This document shows positions 7,410 to 17,392 of a stretch of DNA of 64,000 nt, piece by piece. Below the pieces are notes generated by a model. It was not told the origin of the DNA. It searched no databases and saw nothing but the letters and a program-made list of their open reading frames with translations. Origin of the DNA: Alphaproteobacteria bacterium (GTDB lineage: Bacteria > Pseudomonadota > Alphaproteobacteria > UBA828). Numbering within the stretch: position 1 is the stretch's first letter; each line of letters begins with the position of its first letter. The stretch is taken from contig OZ243972.1 of assembly GCA_965214705.1 (NCBI GenBank), forward strand, positions 1,952,001 through 2,016,000. Direction: 5' to 3'. Position numbers and translations under genes: made by a program.

Positions 7410-10328
7410 TCACCGCGCCTCTCCCCCCGCCGCGCCCCGGTCGTGGGCCGACGGGTCGTCGGCCGGCCGGCCCTCGACCCCGTCCGGCGCGGCATTTTCG
7501 GCGGTGCCGAACAGCTTGTCGGCGAGCCAGCCGCCGATCAGCGGCACGCTCTCCGTGGCATGGCGCTCCAGCGGCTTGTCGGCCTCGACGCCCGTCGCCG
7601 CCTGGCCCTCGCGCGTCCGTTCCCGCGCGATCCCGGTGCGCGCCTCGCGCCCGGCCTCGCTCACCGTCATGTCCGCCTTGGTCGCCGCGCGCTCGCGGAT
7701 CGCGTCGCTCTCGACCTCACCCGGCCCGGGCGCGCCCGCCGCGCCGGCGCGCTCCCGCGCGTCCCGGCGCCAGCCCTCGCTGGCTCCGGAGATCTCGCGG
7801 ACGTTGGACTCTGCATACCCGTCCCGCACCGCGTCGTACTCGGCGCGCCCGCCGATCTCCGCCGGGTCGGGGCCGGCAGGAGCGGGGAAGCGCTCGGCGA
7901 CGAAGGCTGCCGCATATTCGCGCAGTACCTGCGCGTCCTCGGGCGTCTGGACCTCGCCGATGCGGATCGCCCCGGCCGTGCCGATCGGCCTGCCGTCCGC
8001 GCCCGGACGATCGGCGAGCCAGACGAAGAAGGCCTGGCCCATGTCGCGGTCGACCGTCTGCGCCCGCGCCTCGACCCGGGCGGACTGCTCCGACCAGCTC
8101 TCGGCTTCCGTGTGCGCCATCGAGGCGCGCTCGCTGAAGCTCCGCATCCGGGTGAGGTTGGCCGAATAACTCTCGTCCAGGCTCGCCGCCTCGCTCTCTC
8201 CGGTGCTGGTGGAGTAGCGCCTCGATGCGTCCATCACCCGGGACCAGAGGTCCGTCACCTGGCGGCTCTCGGCGTAGTCCTTCACCCGGTTCCAGTCGTC
8301 GGACTCGATGGTCTGGCCGCGCCAGGTGGCGGAGCCCCCGGCGCCCAGGCTCACGATCTTGTCCCAGCTTCCGCCGATCTTCGCCTCGCCGGTCAGCATC
8401 AGCGCCTGGCTCTTCGAGATCCCCGCCGTCTCGGCGAGTTTCTGCATGTGCGATTCGAGCGCCTGCGCCTGCGCGCTCTCGCTCTCCGTGACGCCCCTGG
8501 CGAAGGCTTCGCCCGTACTCACGTCGTGGCTGTAGCGCTCGACCAGCGCGGTAGCGTCGGTGACGGCGGCGTTGCGCGCGCTACCGGCCTCCATCGACAG
8601 GTGCCGCGCGAGGGTGCGCGCCTCGCCGGCGCGCTCCTCGAAGTGCGTCGTGAGCGACTCCGACATCCGTATGCCGGCGGCGGGGATGCGGCTGGTGGCG
8701 CTTCCTGCGTCGACGACGACGGTGCCGTCGCCGGTCACGGTGAACAGCGCCCCGCCCGGGGTGTAGCCGGTATGGCGGTCGGCATCGACATGGGCGGAGG
8801 TGCGGACCTGGCGACCCTCCAGCGTCGCATAGCGGTGGACGTCCGTCGCCGTGCTGGCGAGCGAGATGTTGCCGGTGGTGCCCTCGTGGGCCGCCGAGGA
8901 CGCCGCGTCCTGGCCGACCGCCAGCACCGAGGTGGCCAGCACCGTCGCCTTGGAGAGCCCGTAGGCGAGCGCGGCGGCGAGGAACGGCACCGACATGGAG
9001 AGATAGCCCGACATCACCGCGACGTCGGAGGCGAGCGCCCTGATCCCGGCCTGGGCGACCAGCGAGATGCCGATATCGCCCCCCGGCATCAGGGCGGCGG
9101 CCTGCATGCGCTCCGCCGCCTCGCCCATGGAGATGCGGTGGAGGATGGCGTAGAGCGGCCCCCAGGACTGGAGCCAGATCAGCCCGGTGACGTACGACCG
9201 GAATATCGCCGCCCCGGCCGGCGTCAGCATCAGCAGCACCGCCATCGGGAAGGCGCCGACATAGAGGCACTCGAACACGATGCGCAGCAAGGGCACCCAG
9301 GTCTCCGCCTGCCTGCCGATCGCCCGGTAGGCGGAGACGGTCTGGGCCTCGGCCCGCGCCTCGGTATAGGCCCGGAGTGCGGCGGCGTTGCCGGCCTCGG
9401 CCGCCCACTGCTCGCCGGCGTTGTGGACCGCGTTCAGCACCATCTGCTGGCGCATGATCTCGGCGGCCGAGCGCGAGGCGCCGATAAGGAAGCCGTGCGC
9501 GGCGGGAAGCGCGGCCAGCAGCTCGGCCCGCGCCAGCGCGTCCGTCCTCGCGTCGGGGAAGATGCGCCGCCCGAACACCGTGCCGGCCCGGTTCATCTCG
9601 GCGGTCCATTGCGCGTTCAATCGTCCCGCCGCATCGCGGCAGGTGACGATGGCGCGGTCGATGGGCGTCGCGCCGGTGCCCGAGGCCGCCTGCCGCGTCG
9701 CGAACTCCATCATGCGCGCGGGCGAGGCGCCGGCGGACGGCGTGCCCGCCGCGGTCACCAGCGACCAGAGGTCCGTCGACTCCCTCAGATCGTCGGCCGA
9801 GACGTGCCCCAGCAGCAGCGCGTGGAACACGCACTGCCTTGCGTAGTTGCGCATGTTGCGCGCGAACACCGCGTCGGTGATCTCGAGCCGCGTCGCCTTC
9901 GCCGCGAGCCGCGCGCCGAAGATCAGACCGTGGCGCCGGTAGGCGAGGTCGTTCGGCAGCGCGAACGCCTGCTCGGTCAGCCTCGTGAGGCCATCGCCGA
10001 CCTGGCTGGTCACCGAGGCGAAGAGCGCGAGACCCATGGGCACGTTGGCCACCACGGCCGGCGCCAACGCCGGGTCCAGCCGGTCGACCACGCGCACGGT
10101 CGCCTTCGGCACGATCATCGCGCCCCAGACGGCGACGAACAGGAGGATCCATTTCGCGTTGTCCTTCCACGAGCCGCCGAAGGCGGTGCGGAACAGCACC
10201 CAGGCGAGCCCGGCGACGCCGGCGAGCTGGGCCAGAAGCACGTACGCCCCGCCGCCGGTAATCGCTACGACCGCGTTCAGCAGGTCGACCAGGTAGGTCC
10301 CGCCGCCGAGGGTGACGAGCTCGAACAT
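7410..10328 (-). CDS. traG: Mating-pair stabilisation protein TraG (start MFELVTLGGG, 972 aa)
   Basis: TraG N-terminus (VVANVPMGLA, WLQSWGPLYAIL), multiple TM segments, long Ser/Ala-rich C-terminus; follows traH. Confidence 0.92.
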   Translation of the reverse strand: MFELVTLGGGTYLVDLLNAVVAITGGGAYVLLAQLAGVAGLAWVLFRTAFGGSWKDNAKWILLFVAVWGAMIVPKATVRVVDRLDPALAPAVVANVPMGLALFASVTSQVGDGLTRLTEQAFALPNDLAYRRHGLIFGARLAAKATRLEITDAVFARNMRNYARQCVFHALLLGHVSADDLRESTDLWSLVTAAGTPSAGASPARMMEFATRQAASGTGATPIDRAIVTCRDAAGRLNAQWTAEMNRAGTVFGRRIFPDARTDALARAELLAALPAAHGFLIGASRSAAEIMRQQMVLNAVHNAGEQWAAEAGNAAALRAYTEARAEAQTVSAYRAIGRQAETWVPLLRIVFECLYVGAFPMAVLLMLTPAGAAIFRSYVTGLIWLQSWGPLYAILHRISMGEAAERMQAAALMPGGDIGISLVAQAGIRALASDVAVMSGYLSMSVPFLAAALAYGLSKATVLATSVLAVGQDAASSAAHEGTTGNISLASTATDVHRYATLEGRQVRTSAHVDADRHTGYTPGGALFTVTGDGTVVVDAGSATSRIPAAGIRMSESLTTHFEERAGEARTLARHLSMEAGSARNAAVTDATALVERYSHDVSTGEAFARGVTESESAQAQALESHMQKLAETAGISKSQALMLTGEAKIGGSWDKIVSLGAGGSATWRGQTIESDDWNRVKDYAESRQVTDLWSRVMDASRRYSTSTGESEAASLDESYSANLTRMRSFSERASMAHTEAESWSEQSARVEARAQTVDRDMGQAFFVWLADRPGADGRPIGTAGAIRIGEVQTPEDAQVLREYAAAFVAERFPAPAGPDPAEIGGRAEYDAVRDGYAESNVREISGASEGWRRDARERAGAAGAPGPGEVESDAIRERAATKADMTVSEAGREARTGIARERTREGQAATGVEADKPLERHATESVPLIGGWLADKLFGTAENAAPDGVEGRPADDPSAHDRGAAGGEAR

Positions 10329-10330
10329 TT

Positions 10331-11758
10331 CTATCTGGCCCCCGCCCCGGCACCGCCGCGAGAGAATGCGAGCGCGGCCCGGAGATCGGCACTGAGCGCG
10401 CCCGCGAGCTCGGTCTCGATCAGGCGCAGCTTCTCGATGACGCCCAGCGCGACATTGAAGCGCCTCAGCCCCTCGCTGCGATGCCGGGACAGCGCCGTGC
10501 GGTTGGCGCGCAGGCCCTCGCGCCAGCGCCGCAGCTGATCGCCGTCGGCGATGTCGAGGGCGCCCGCGCGCTCCTCGACCGTGCGATGGAGATCGGAGAG
10601 CCAGACCTGGAGAATGTCGAGCGCCACGGCTTCCGCGAGCGCGTCCATCTCCTGGTCGACCACCGCGCCGCGGTAGGCGGCGGCGACGTTGGCGATGCGG
10701 TAGACCGGGAGCGTGGTGAGGTTGACCAGACCGAGCGCGGCGGGCGTGGGCGCCGTGTCGGCCCTCACCGCATCGACGAGGTCGCGGAGCAGGGTTGCGA
10801 CGCGACCCCGGAAGCCGTCGCCCGCGGGAATGTTCACCCGCCCGAGCGTGGGGTTGAGGCAGAGATCCGCGGTGTCGCAGCGGTAGACGGGGAGATCGCC
10901 GCCGCCCTCCATTAGCACCTCGGTGATGCGCCGGTCCAGCGCGAGCGGCTCGAGGATGCGGACCCTCGGGCCCGACGCGTCGCCGTCCGAGGTCGGCGCG
11001 GTGACGATCACCGTGCCGGTGATCGACATCGCGAACTCGGCGAGCTCCGTGTCGCCCGAGAGCAACGACGACGCCCGCACCGCCTTCCAGGCGTAGTTGA
11101 CGTTGACCGGCACCTGGTCGGCGATTTCCCCGGAGGCCGAGGCCAGCGTCGAGTTCCTCTTGCCGTCGGCGCCGCAGCCGTGCTTGGCGGCGGCATAGTC
11201 CGAGAAGATGCCCTGGCTGGTCCCGACGGCGGCGCAGATCGCCGCAGACGCCCGGTCGTTCTTCGACCACGCCGCGCCCACCAGCGCCTGGGCGGTCTCG
11301 CAGCTGTTCAGGTTCTGGCTGTTCACCCATTGCGCCAGCGCGCGGAGCTTCGACATGGTCTCGGCGATCACCGGCGAGATGGTTTCCAGGGCGAGCTCGA
11401 AGGCGAAGCCGGCGGCGTTCTGCGCGACCGCGCGGGCGAAGGCCACGAGCTGGTCGGAATCGATGAACGAGAAGGCGCCCGCGAAGGCGTCGATGCCGCC
11501 GCAGCCGGCGCGAAAGGAAGGCAGGTTGACGGTGGCGATCTGCTCGGAGCGTACAGGCGCCCGCATGTAGAGGTTGCCGAGCGTCCAGTGACCCGAGGCC
11601 TGGCCGTCGAAGGCGGTCGGGCCGGTCACGTTCGAGACCGTGCCCTGCCAGAAGGACTGCATCTCCGAGAGAACGTCGGCGCGGCCGGGCACGGAGGCGG
11701 TCAAGGCGAGCGACATCGCCGCCGCGACGATCGCGGTCTTCCCTGCATCAATAGTCAT
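10331..11758 (-). CDS. traH: F-type pilus assembly protein TraH
   Basis: LPSFRAGCGGIDAFAGAFSFI, AFELALETISP and NSCETA motifs. Confidence 0.95.
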   Translation of the reverse strand: MTIDAGKTAIVAAAMSLALTASVPGRADVLSEMQSFWQGTVSNVTGPTAFDGQASGHWTLGNLYMRAPVRSEQIATVNLPSFRAGCGGIDAFAGAFSFIDSDQLVAFARAVAQNAAGFAFELALETISPVIAETMSKLRALAQWVNSQNLNSCETAQALVGAAWSKNDRASAAICAAVGTSQGIFSDYAAAKHGCGADGKRNSTLASASGEIADQVPVNVNYAWKAVRASSLLSGDTELAEFAMSITGTVIVTAPTSDGDASGPRVRILEPLALDRRITEVLMEGGGDLPVYRCDTADLCLNPTLGRVNIPAGDGFRGRVATLLRDLVDAVRADTAPTPAALGLVNLTTLPVYRIANVAAAYRGAVVDQEMDALAEAVALDILQVWLSDLHRTVEERAGALDIADGDQLRRWREGLRANRTALSRHRSEGLRRFNVALGVIEKLRLIETELAGALSADLRAALAFSRGGAGAGAR

Positions 11759-12587
11759 CGCCGGTCTCCAGTCGCGTCAGCACGAAGATGCGCTCCGCCA
11801 GCTGGTCTTCCGCGAGCACGCCGTAGCCGACCGGCAGCGCCCGCTTCGTCCTGGTGTCGAACAGCGCGACGGCGGGGAGCGGCGAGCCCGAGAGCCCGAG
11901 CCGGGCGGCCCGCCCGTTGTCGGGCACCGCTTCGGGCCAGCCCTCGAGCGGGCCGCCGGTCATCGACACGGCCAGCACGTCGAGGCCGTGGCGGAGGCTG
12001 AAGGCGCGCAGCAGTGGCCCGAACACCCGGCAGCCGCCGCAGTCGGGATGGCCGAGATAGATCAGCCCGTAGCGCTCCCCGAGCGTCGCCAGCGCGTCGG
12101 CGATCTCACCCCGGCGCTCGTCCGACCAGAACCGCTTGGCAAGCGCGCCCACGGGACGCGTCAGCGTGTAGTCGAGCGCGGGCGTCGCCCACACCGTGCG
12201 GCGGAAGGCGTCCGAGAACACGGCGGCGCGCTGCAAGGCATCGCGCTGGAGCGCGAGATAGGCCGCGACCTTCTCCGGCGTGGGGTCGAGAATCGCCTCC
12301 GCGCGCGCCTCCTCCAGGCGTACGCGCATCGTCGCGATCCGCGCCGTGGCGGTCTTGGACGCAGAGGGCGGTGCGGACAGAACGGGCGCCTGTTCCTCGT
12401 CGCGCTCCTCCTCGCGGTCGCAGTAGAAGTGCCAGCCGAGCGACGGACCCTCGCCCGGCGCACCGCCGCACCAGGGGCGCCACTCCCCGCCCGCCGCGGA
12501 GGCTCCGAGCGCGGCCCAGACGCCGAGCGCCGCGAGGATCCGTGGGAGGGCGCGCATGACGGCCCGTCCGGGAGCGAACGCCATCAT
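11748..12587 (-). CDS. traF: F-type pilus assembly thioredoxin-like protein TraF
   Basis: Signal peptide, GWHFYCD, CGGC thioredoxin-like motif, PVGYGVL; between traN and traH. Confidence 0.88.
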   Translation of the reverse strand: MMAFAPGRAVMRALPRILAALGVWAALGASAAGGEWRPWCGGAPGEGPSLGWHFYCDREEERDEEQAPVLSAPPSASKTATARIATMRVRLEEARAEAILDPTPEKVAAYLALQRDALQRAAVFSDAFRRTVWATPALDYTLTRPVGALAKRFWSDERRGEIADALATLGERYGLIYLGHPDCGGCRVFGPLLRAFSLRHGLDVLAVSMTGGPLEGWPEAVPDNGRAARLGLSGSPLPAVALFDTRTKRALPVGYGVLAEDQLAERIFVLTRLETGDDY

Positions 12588-13753
12588 TGCCCCCTCTCGT
12601 AGAAGTCGCGCACCCGGTCCCGCATGAAGGTCTGCGTGCCGCCCTTGTCCGGGAGAGAGATCGACGGCTCCATCGATCCGTCGATCAGGTTCTCGGTGAA
12701 CTCGGTGAGGTCGAGCCGGTCGAAGTCGATGCGCTCGATCTCGGCCACCGAGAAGCCCCGGCAGCTCGACCAGCCGAGGCCCAGCTGCGGCCGCGCCTGC
12801 TGGTGCAGGATGCGCCCGAGCTTCGAGCCGAACACGCACCAGGCGCGCGAGCGGCGGATACAGACGCCGAAGAGGGTGCGCTTCGAGCAATACTTGCCGA
12901 GATAGTGGGTGTTGCCGGCGTGGCGCTCCTCGGCGAGCTCGCGCTCGGAGGCCGAGCAGTTGGCGAGTCCGACCAGCAGGCCGGAGTTGCTGCAGCAGTC
13001 GGCCAGCCCGAACAGCTTGATGTGGCAGGCGCGGCGCTCGCCGGAGAAGAAGCGGAGATTGCCGCGGTCGAACTCGTCCGTGCCCATCTCCAACGCCATG
13101 TTGAGTCGCGCGGCGGCGTCCACGAACCCGGTGTTGGCCTCCGGCGCGACGCTCTCGCAGCCGGCGCCCACGCAATACGACACCCGCCCGCAGGACCCAC
13201 CGCGTTCCGCATCGGCCACCCGCGCCGTGCAGTCGGCGACGCTGCCGGAGGCAAGCCCGGAGGCGCCATGGCCGGGAGCCTGTGGAGTATCCGCGACGGC
13301 CTCCGCGCGCACCGCAATGGGATCGTTCGCGGCGACGGGGATATCGGGCCGGACCGTCACGCCCTCGATCACCGCACGGCCGGCCGCGCCGCCGGGATCG
13401 TTCGGGTCGGCGAGGCGCGCCCGCGCCGCGTCCTCCATCTCGTTCGCGCCGACGTTGCGCTCGGGCACGTTCGTGCCCGCATGACCCGGCACCGCCGCGG
13501 CGCTCGATGGATCCCGCGCGATGGCCGAGGCCGCCGCCGTGCCGGCCTGGCCCATTGCCCGGGCTTCCGCCTTGGGATCGCCCGCCCACGAGGCGCCTGC
13601 GAACAGCAGCCAGATCAGGGCGCACCAGACACTCGTGGCGGGGAGCGCAAGCCTGGCGGTCCACGCCAGCAGGCAGGCGAACCGGGTCATGCGCTCCACG
13701 GCAAGGTCAGCTCGGGTCGACCGGGAGTGCGTCGGCTTCATCATGTCCGTCAT
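12584..13753 (-). CDS. traN: Short Cys-rich mating-pair stabilisation protein TraN (about 389 aa)
   Basis: C-terminal FSGERRAC, DCC, HYLGKYCS, WCVFGSKLGRILHQQ, CRGFSVAEIERIDFDRLDL motifs. Confidence 0.88.
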   Translation of the reverse strand: MTDMMKPTHSRSTRADLAVERMTRFACLLAWTARLALPATSVWCALIWLLFAGASWAGDPKAEARAMGQAGTAAASAIARDPSSAAAVPGHAGTNVPERNVGANEMEDAARARLADPNDPGGAAGRAVIEGVTVRPDIPVAANDPIAVRAEAVADTPQAPGHGASGLASGSVADCTARVADAERGGSCGRVSYCVGAGCESVAPEANTGFVDAAARLNMALEMGTDEFDRGNLRFFSGERRACHIKLFGLADCCSNSGLLVGLANCSASERELAEERHAGNTHYLGKYCSKRTLFGVCIRRSRAWCVFGSKLGRILHQQARPQLGLGWSSCRGFSVAEIERIDFDRLDLTEFTENLIDGSMEPSISLPDKGGTQTFMRDRVRDFYERGQ

Positions 13754-14529
13754 CGCTCTCCGTCGAGGCGTTCGAGCATTTGCCGCGCGGCGCCGCGCCC
13801 GGCGTCGCCCTCGGCGGAGATGATCTCCAGCGCAGCGGCGAGGCCGATGTTTCCGGTGACGAGATCGTGCGGCGGAGCGGGATCGTTCGCGCAGCCCCGG
13901 CTCGTGCAGGGCGGCACGCCTCCCGGAACCGCGACCACCACCGGGACGCGCTCGACGCCGAACAGGCGGAACAGACGCGGGTCGATGGCGACGCCCGCTT
14001 CGAGATCGCCGAGGCGTTCGCCGACCGCCTTCACGATCTCCCGCAATCCTCCGTCTCCGACGCCGCGCAGCACCAGCGGCGCTCCCGCCCGCGCGGCGTC
14101 CCGCGCCCACTGCCGCCAGCTCTCCGGCGGCACGGCGAGGCTCATGAAGACGAGGATTTCCGGCGTGTCCGGGCGGCCGCCGATGCCCTCGGCGATCCGC
14201 GCCGCTTGCCTCTCGGCCGGGAGCGGCGGGGCGGCGGTCCCCATTCCCGCAGTCGTCTCCCGCGCGGCCGCGCCGGCCCGCTCCAGGGCGCGGTCGACGA
14301 TCGAGCGGGTCCACGCGCCGAGACCGCCATTCCCGGTTTCGCGGATGATTTCGGCGGCTAGCTCGCGCGCCTGAGATTCCGGCGAGGGCTCTTCGGCAAG
14401 CACGGCGCCGGCGCAGAGCGCCAGCGCCACCACCGCGGTCAGCCCGCCTCGGGCAAGGGCAGCGGCACGAGTGTCTCCGGCACGGGTGTCTCCGGCGCGC
14501 TGTCGGAGGTTTCCTACAAGATGCAGCAC
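13750..14529 (-). CDS. trbC: F-type pilin assembly protein TrbC (start uncertain)
   Basis: ILVFMSLAVP, LVLRG, IDPRLFRLFGVERVP, GNIGLAAAL motifs; between traU and traN. Confidence 0.85.
   Translation of the reverse strand: MLHLVGNLRQRAGDTRAGDTRAAALARGGLTAVVALALCAGAVLAEEPSPESQARELAAEIIRETGNGGLGAWTRSIVDRALERAGAAARETTAGMGTAAPPLPAERQAARIAEGIGGRPDTPEILVFMSLAVPPESWRQWARDAARAGAPLVLRGVGDGGLREIVKAVGERLGDLEAGVAIDPRLFRLFGVERVPVVVAVPGGVPPCTSRGCANDPAPPHDLVTGNIGLAAALEIISAEGDAGRGAARQMLERLDGER
14464..14493. repeat. 2 x 15-bp repeat units at the trbC 5' end
   Basis: Units: ggcacgagtgtctcc / ggcacgggtgtctcc. Confidence 0.85.
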
Positions 14530-15515
14530 GTGCGTTTCCTCCACAGCAGGTACCCAAAACTCTCGCCCGAGACGGGCACCTCCCGGAGCGATTCCCAGAG
14601 CACCGAGGAGCGCCCCGTGGGGTTGCAGCCGGTCATGGGTGTGGTCGCGGGCACCGGCTGGGTCATCTGCCAGCGGTACTGGCTCTTCTTCATGATCGGC
14701 ATCGGGTAGCGCCCGCAGAGCGCGGCCGATCCCGACGTGCCCCAGGCGAGCCCGGCCCGATGCAGGCGGTAGACCAGCCGCTGGGCCGCCAGCAGGGAGG
14801 CCTGGACGCCGCCGACATGGGCCGCCACGTTGCCGGTCAATGGATACATCCCGCCCTGGCAGCCGGCGCACCAGAACATCGGATCGAGCGGCAGTCCGGC
14901 CGAGGCCGCCGCGCAGTCGGCGGCGCAGGCCGCCTGCGCCGGCAGGTTGGCGAACAGCGCCGCCTCCGGGTTCAGCAGGAACGACAGCTCGTCGTCGAGC
15001 CAGGCCGGGTCGAGCTCCGAGGTCCAGGCGATGTCGAGCGAGCCGCCTTCGAGGCAGCCGAGATCGAGCAGCGCCCCGATCCACGACAGCAGCGGGTACA
15101 CATAGTAATGTACGTGCCAGACCGAGCCCGCGGCGCCGTCGCCGCCCGAGGACCCGGTGCGCCCGCGCGCGGCGGGCAGCCCCGGGTCGATGGTGAGCCC
15201 GCCGAGATTGGGGAAGCACCACGGCGTCCTCGTGACGTCCACCAGCCTTGCCGGCTCCCACACCCCGAGCGAGAGCCCGATCCGGGGGATGGGCGAGCCG
15301 CAGAGGCAGATCGGCGAGGACGGGTTCGGGGTATCGGGCGCGCCCGATACGCTCCCGATGCGGATCGGCCCGATCGAGATCGGGAACAGGCATTCCCAGC
15401 AGACGTCCGCGATCGGATTGACGAAGCGCCCCGTGCAGGCCTGCGCCGAGGCAGGCCCGGCCGGCAGGAGGGCGAACAGCGCGGAAACAAGCAGGAGAAG
15501 ACGGACGGTTCTCAT
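14514..15515 (-). CDS. traU: TraU (start MRTVRLL, 333 aa)
   Basis: CTGRFVNPIADVCWECLFPI, WEPARLVD, WHVHYY, SELDPAW, WCAGCQG, LLWRKRTCC. Confidence 0.96.
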   Translation of the reverse strand: MRTVRLLLLVSALFALLPAGPASAQACTGRFVNPIADVCWECLFPISIGPIRIGSVSGAPDTPNPSSPICLCGSPIPRIGLSLGVWEPARLVDVTRTPWCFPNLGGLTIDPGLPAARGRTGSSGGDGAAGSVWHVHYYVYPLLSWIGALLDLGCLEGGSLDIAWTSELDPAWLDDELSFLLNPEAALFANLPAQAACAADCAAASAGLPLDPMFWCAGCQGGMYPLTGNVAAHVGGVQASLLAAQRLVYRLHRAGLAWGTSGSAALCGRYPMPIMKKSQYRWQMTQPVPATTPMTGCNPTGRSSVLWESLREVPVSGESFGYLLWRKRTCCIL

Positions 15516-16201
15516 TGCCTGCCCCCGACACGAGTGTCCCTCCCGTCCACGACGGCGTCGTCGAGCGCGATCTCCGTGATGCGCAGATGCGCGCCCGTGC
15601 GCGTGACCAGCGACGGCGTGAAGCGGAGTCCGAGCCGCGCGGCGAGCCGTCCGCCCTGGTCGAAGTGGAAGGGCCGCCCATGGCGCCGCGCGAGATCGAG
15701 CGGCCGCCCCGCCAGCAGGACGATCTTCGAGGGCCGTCCGTGCGCCAGCGCCCAGGCGATCTCGGCGTCGCGCCTGCCGTCGACGAACAGGAGGTCGCGG
15801 CTGAGCGGCACGTACGCGAACGGGTCGATGCGTGTCTCGGCGGCGGCGATTAGCGTGCCGTCGACGGCGCGGATGTCCCGGGCCACCGTTATCGAGGGGT
15901 CGAAGGTCCACGAGCGCGCCTGTCCGGCCGGCGCGATGCCGGGCACCGGATTCGGCTCCTCCAGCATGCCGCTCGCCCGCTCGCGCGCCTCCGCCTCGAA
16001 GCGGGCGAGCTCGCCGGAGCGTTCCATCTCCGCCAGCCGCACCTCGATCTGCTTGAGAAGATCGGGCTCGGCGACAGGCCAGGTCGCGCCACGCACACCC
16101 AAGTCCTTCGCGGAGACCGACGCGGAAGGCCCCGCGGCAAGCATTGCCAGGAGGCAAAGGACCGCGAGGGGCCGAAAGGACAATGGCGGAAAGCGCGTCA
16201 T
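15512..16201 (-). CDS. traW: TraW
   Basis: KDLGVRGATWPVAEPDLL, FDPSITV, FHFDQGGRL motifs. Confidence 0.93.
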   Translation of the reverse strand: MTRFPPLSFRPLAVLCLLAMLAAGPSASVSAKDLGVRGATWPVAEPDLLKQIEVRLAEMERSGELARFEAEARERASGMLEEPNPVPGIAPAGQARSWTFDPSITVARDIRAVDGTLIAAAETRIDPFAYVPLSRDLLFVDGRRDAEIAWALAHGRPSKIVLLAGRPLDLARRHGRPFHFDQGGRLAARLGLRFTPSLVTRTGAHLRITEIALDDAVVDGRDTRVGGRQ

Positions 16202-16767
16202 CGCCGCGTCTCCGCCGGCCCGATATCGTCCGGCCCCACCAGCGGCCCCGCGAGGCCGAGCCAGGGGAGGTCGGGGAGCGCCAGCGCCCGCCCGAGAATG
16301 CGGTCGCGGGGGACCGGCCCGACCTCCGCATAGCGGCTGTCGTGGCTGTCGCGATGATCGGCGTGGACGTAATAGTGCCCCTCGGGAACGGCGCCCGGCC
16401 GGATCGCTTCAAGCGGCCGTCCGTCGAGGGCGTGGCTCTTCGCGCGCGCGACAGGCGCACCGTCGAGGCGCACCGTCCGGTCCGCGTCCACGGTCACGGC
16501 CGCGCCCGGCAGGCCGCGCACGGTCTTGAGCCACGGAGTCCGCGCGCCGAGCGCCGGCGGCGGCTCGAACAGCACCGCGTCGCCGACGGCGGGCTCGCCG
16601 ATGGGCAGCACGAGATAGCCCCAGGCATCGTCCGACCAGCTCGCATTGACGTGCACGCGCGAGGCCGCCGCCAGCCACAGCGAGGCGAGCACTGTCATGA
16701 GCGCGAGCCCGATCCAGGCGCGCTTCCCGCCGCGCCCGCGGGCGGCCAGGATCGCCCGACCCGTCAC
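16198..16767 (-). CDS. S26-family conjugative pilin-processing peptidase (TrhF-like)
   Basis: N-terminal TM, NASWS (Ser), LKTVRGLPG (Lys), DSHDSRY motif; upstream of traW. Confidence 0.85.
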   Translation of the reverse strand: MTGRAILAARGRGGKRAWIGLALMTVLASLWLAAASRVHVNASWSDDAWGYLVLPIGEPAVGDAVLFEPPPALGARTPWLKTVRGLPGAAVTVDADRTVRLDGAPVARAKSHALDGRPLEAIRPGAVPEGHYYVHADHRDSHDSRYAEVGPVPRDRILGRALALPDLPWLGLAGPLVGPDDIGPAETRR

Positions 16768-17138
16768 GGCCGGTCCTCCCGGCCGGACGTGGCCTGTTTC
16801 ATCCTGTCCTCGATCATGGAGCGCACGACATCGGTCACGTCCGGCGCGCCGGCAGCGACTGCGCGCGAAGGCAGCAGCACCACGTCCCGGCGCCCGACGA
16901 TGTCGCCGAGCGTCCGCTCCAGCGCCGCCGCCCAGAGCCGGGTCGAGGTCTGAATCTCGTCGGCTGAAGCGCCCCTGTGCGCGGCCCTCTCGGCATGCTC
17001 CGCCGCGAGCTCGGCGAGGCGGACGCTCGCGATGCGCGGTCCTTCGTCCACGGACAGGCGCACCGCGCCGGCGGCGACCGCCGCAGCAACGCCGGCAGCG
17101 AGCAGCATGGCGGAGAGGACCACCCGGACCTCGCTCAC
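16764..17138 (-). CDS. trbI: F-type TrbI-like protein
   Basis: 124 aa, N-terminal TM, C-terminal VVLLPSRAVAAGAPDVT; typical position. Confidence 0.75.
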   Translation of the reverse strand: MSEVRVVLSAMLLAAGVAAAVAAGAVRLSVDEGPRIASVRLAELAAEHAERAAHRGASADEIQTSTRLWAAALERTLGDIVGRRDVVLLPSRAVAAGAPDVTDVVRSMIEDRMKQATSGREDRP

Positions 17139-17392
17139 CGCGCTTGCTCCGCGGCCCGCTGCCGGGCCGTCATCGAGACGTACGAACGCGTGTCTCGGTG
17201 CTTGAACCAGGCGGTGCCGTCCTCGTCGTGGAACATGTAGAGGTAGTGGCCCGCCCAGTCGCGCTTCGAGCGCTCGGCGGACAGCACGCCCGCCAGGATC
17301 GCCGCGCGGAACACCTCCTCGGCGTCCCGCACCACCCGGATGCCGGGGGCAATGCCGCCCCGGTTCTCACGCCGCCTGCCGCGCCGCGCCAT
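17135..17392 (-). CDS. Hypothetical protein inside the tra operon (alternative start 17452)
   Basis: Globular-looking core (YLYMFHDEDGTAWFKHRDTRSY); stop overlaps the trbI start. Confidence 0.6.
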   Translation of the reverse strand: MARRGRRRENRGGIAPGIRVVRDAEEVFRAAILAGVLSAERSKRDWAGHYLYMFHDEDGTAWFKHRDTRSYVSMTARQRAAEQAR

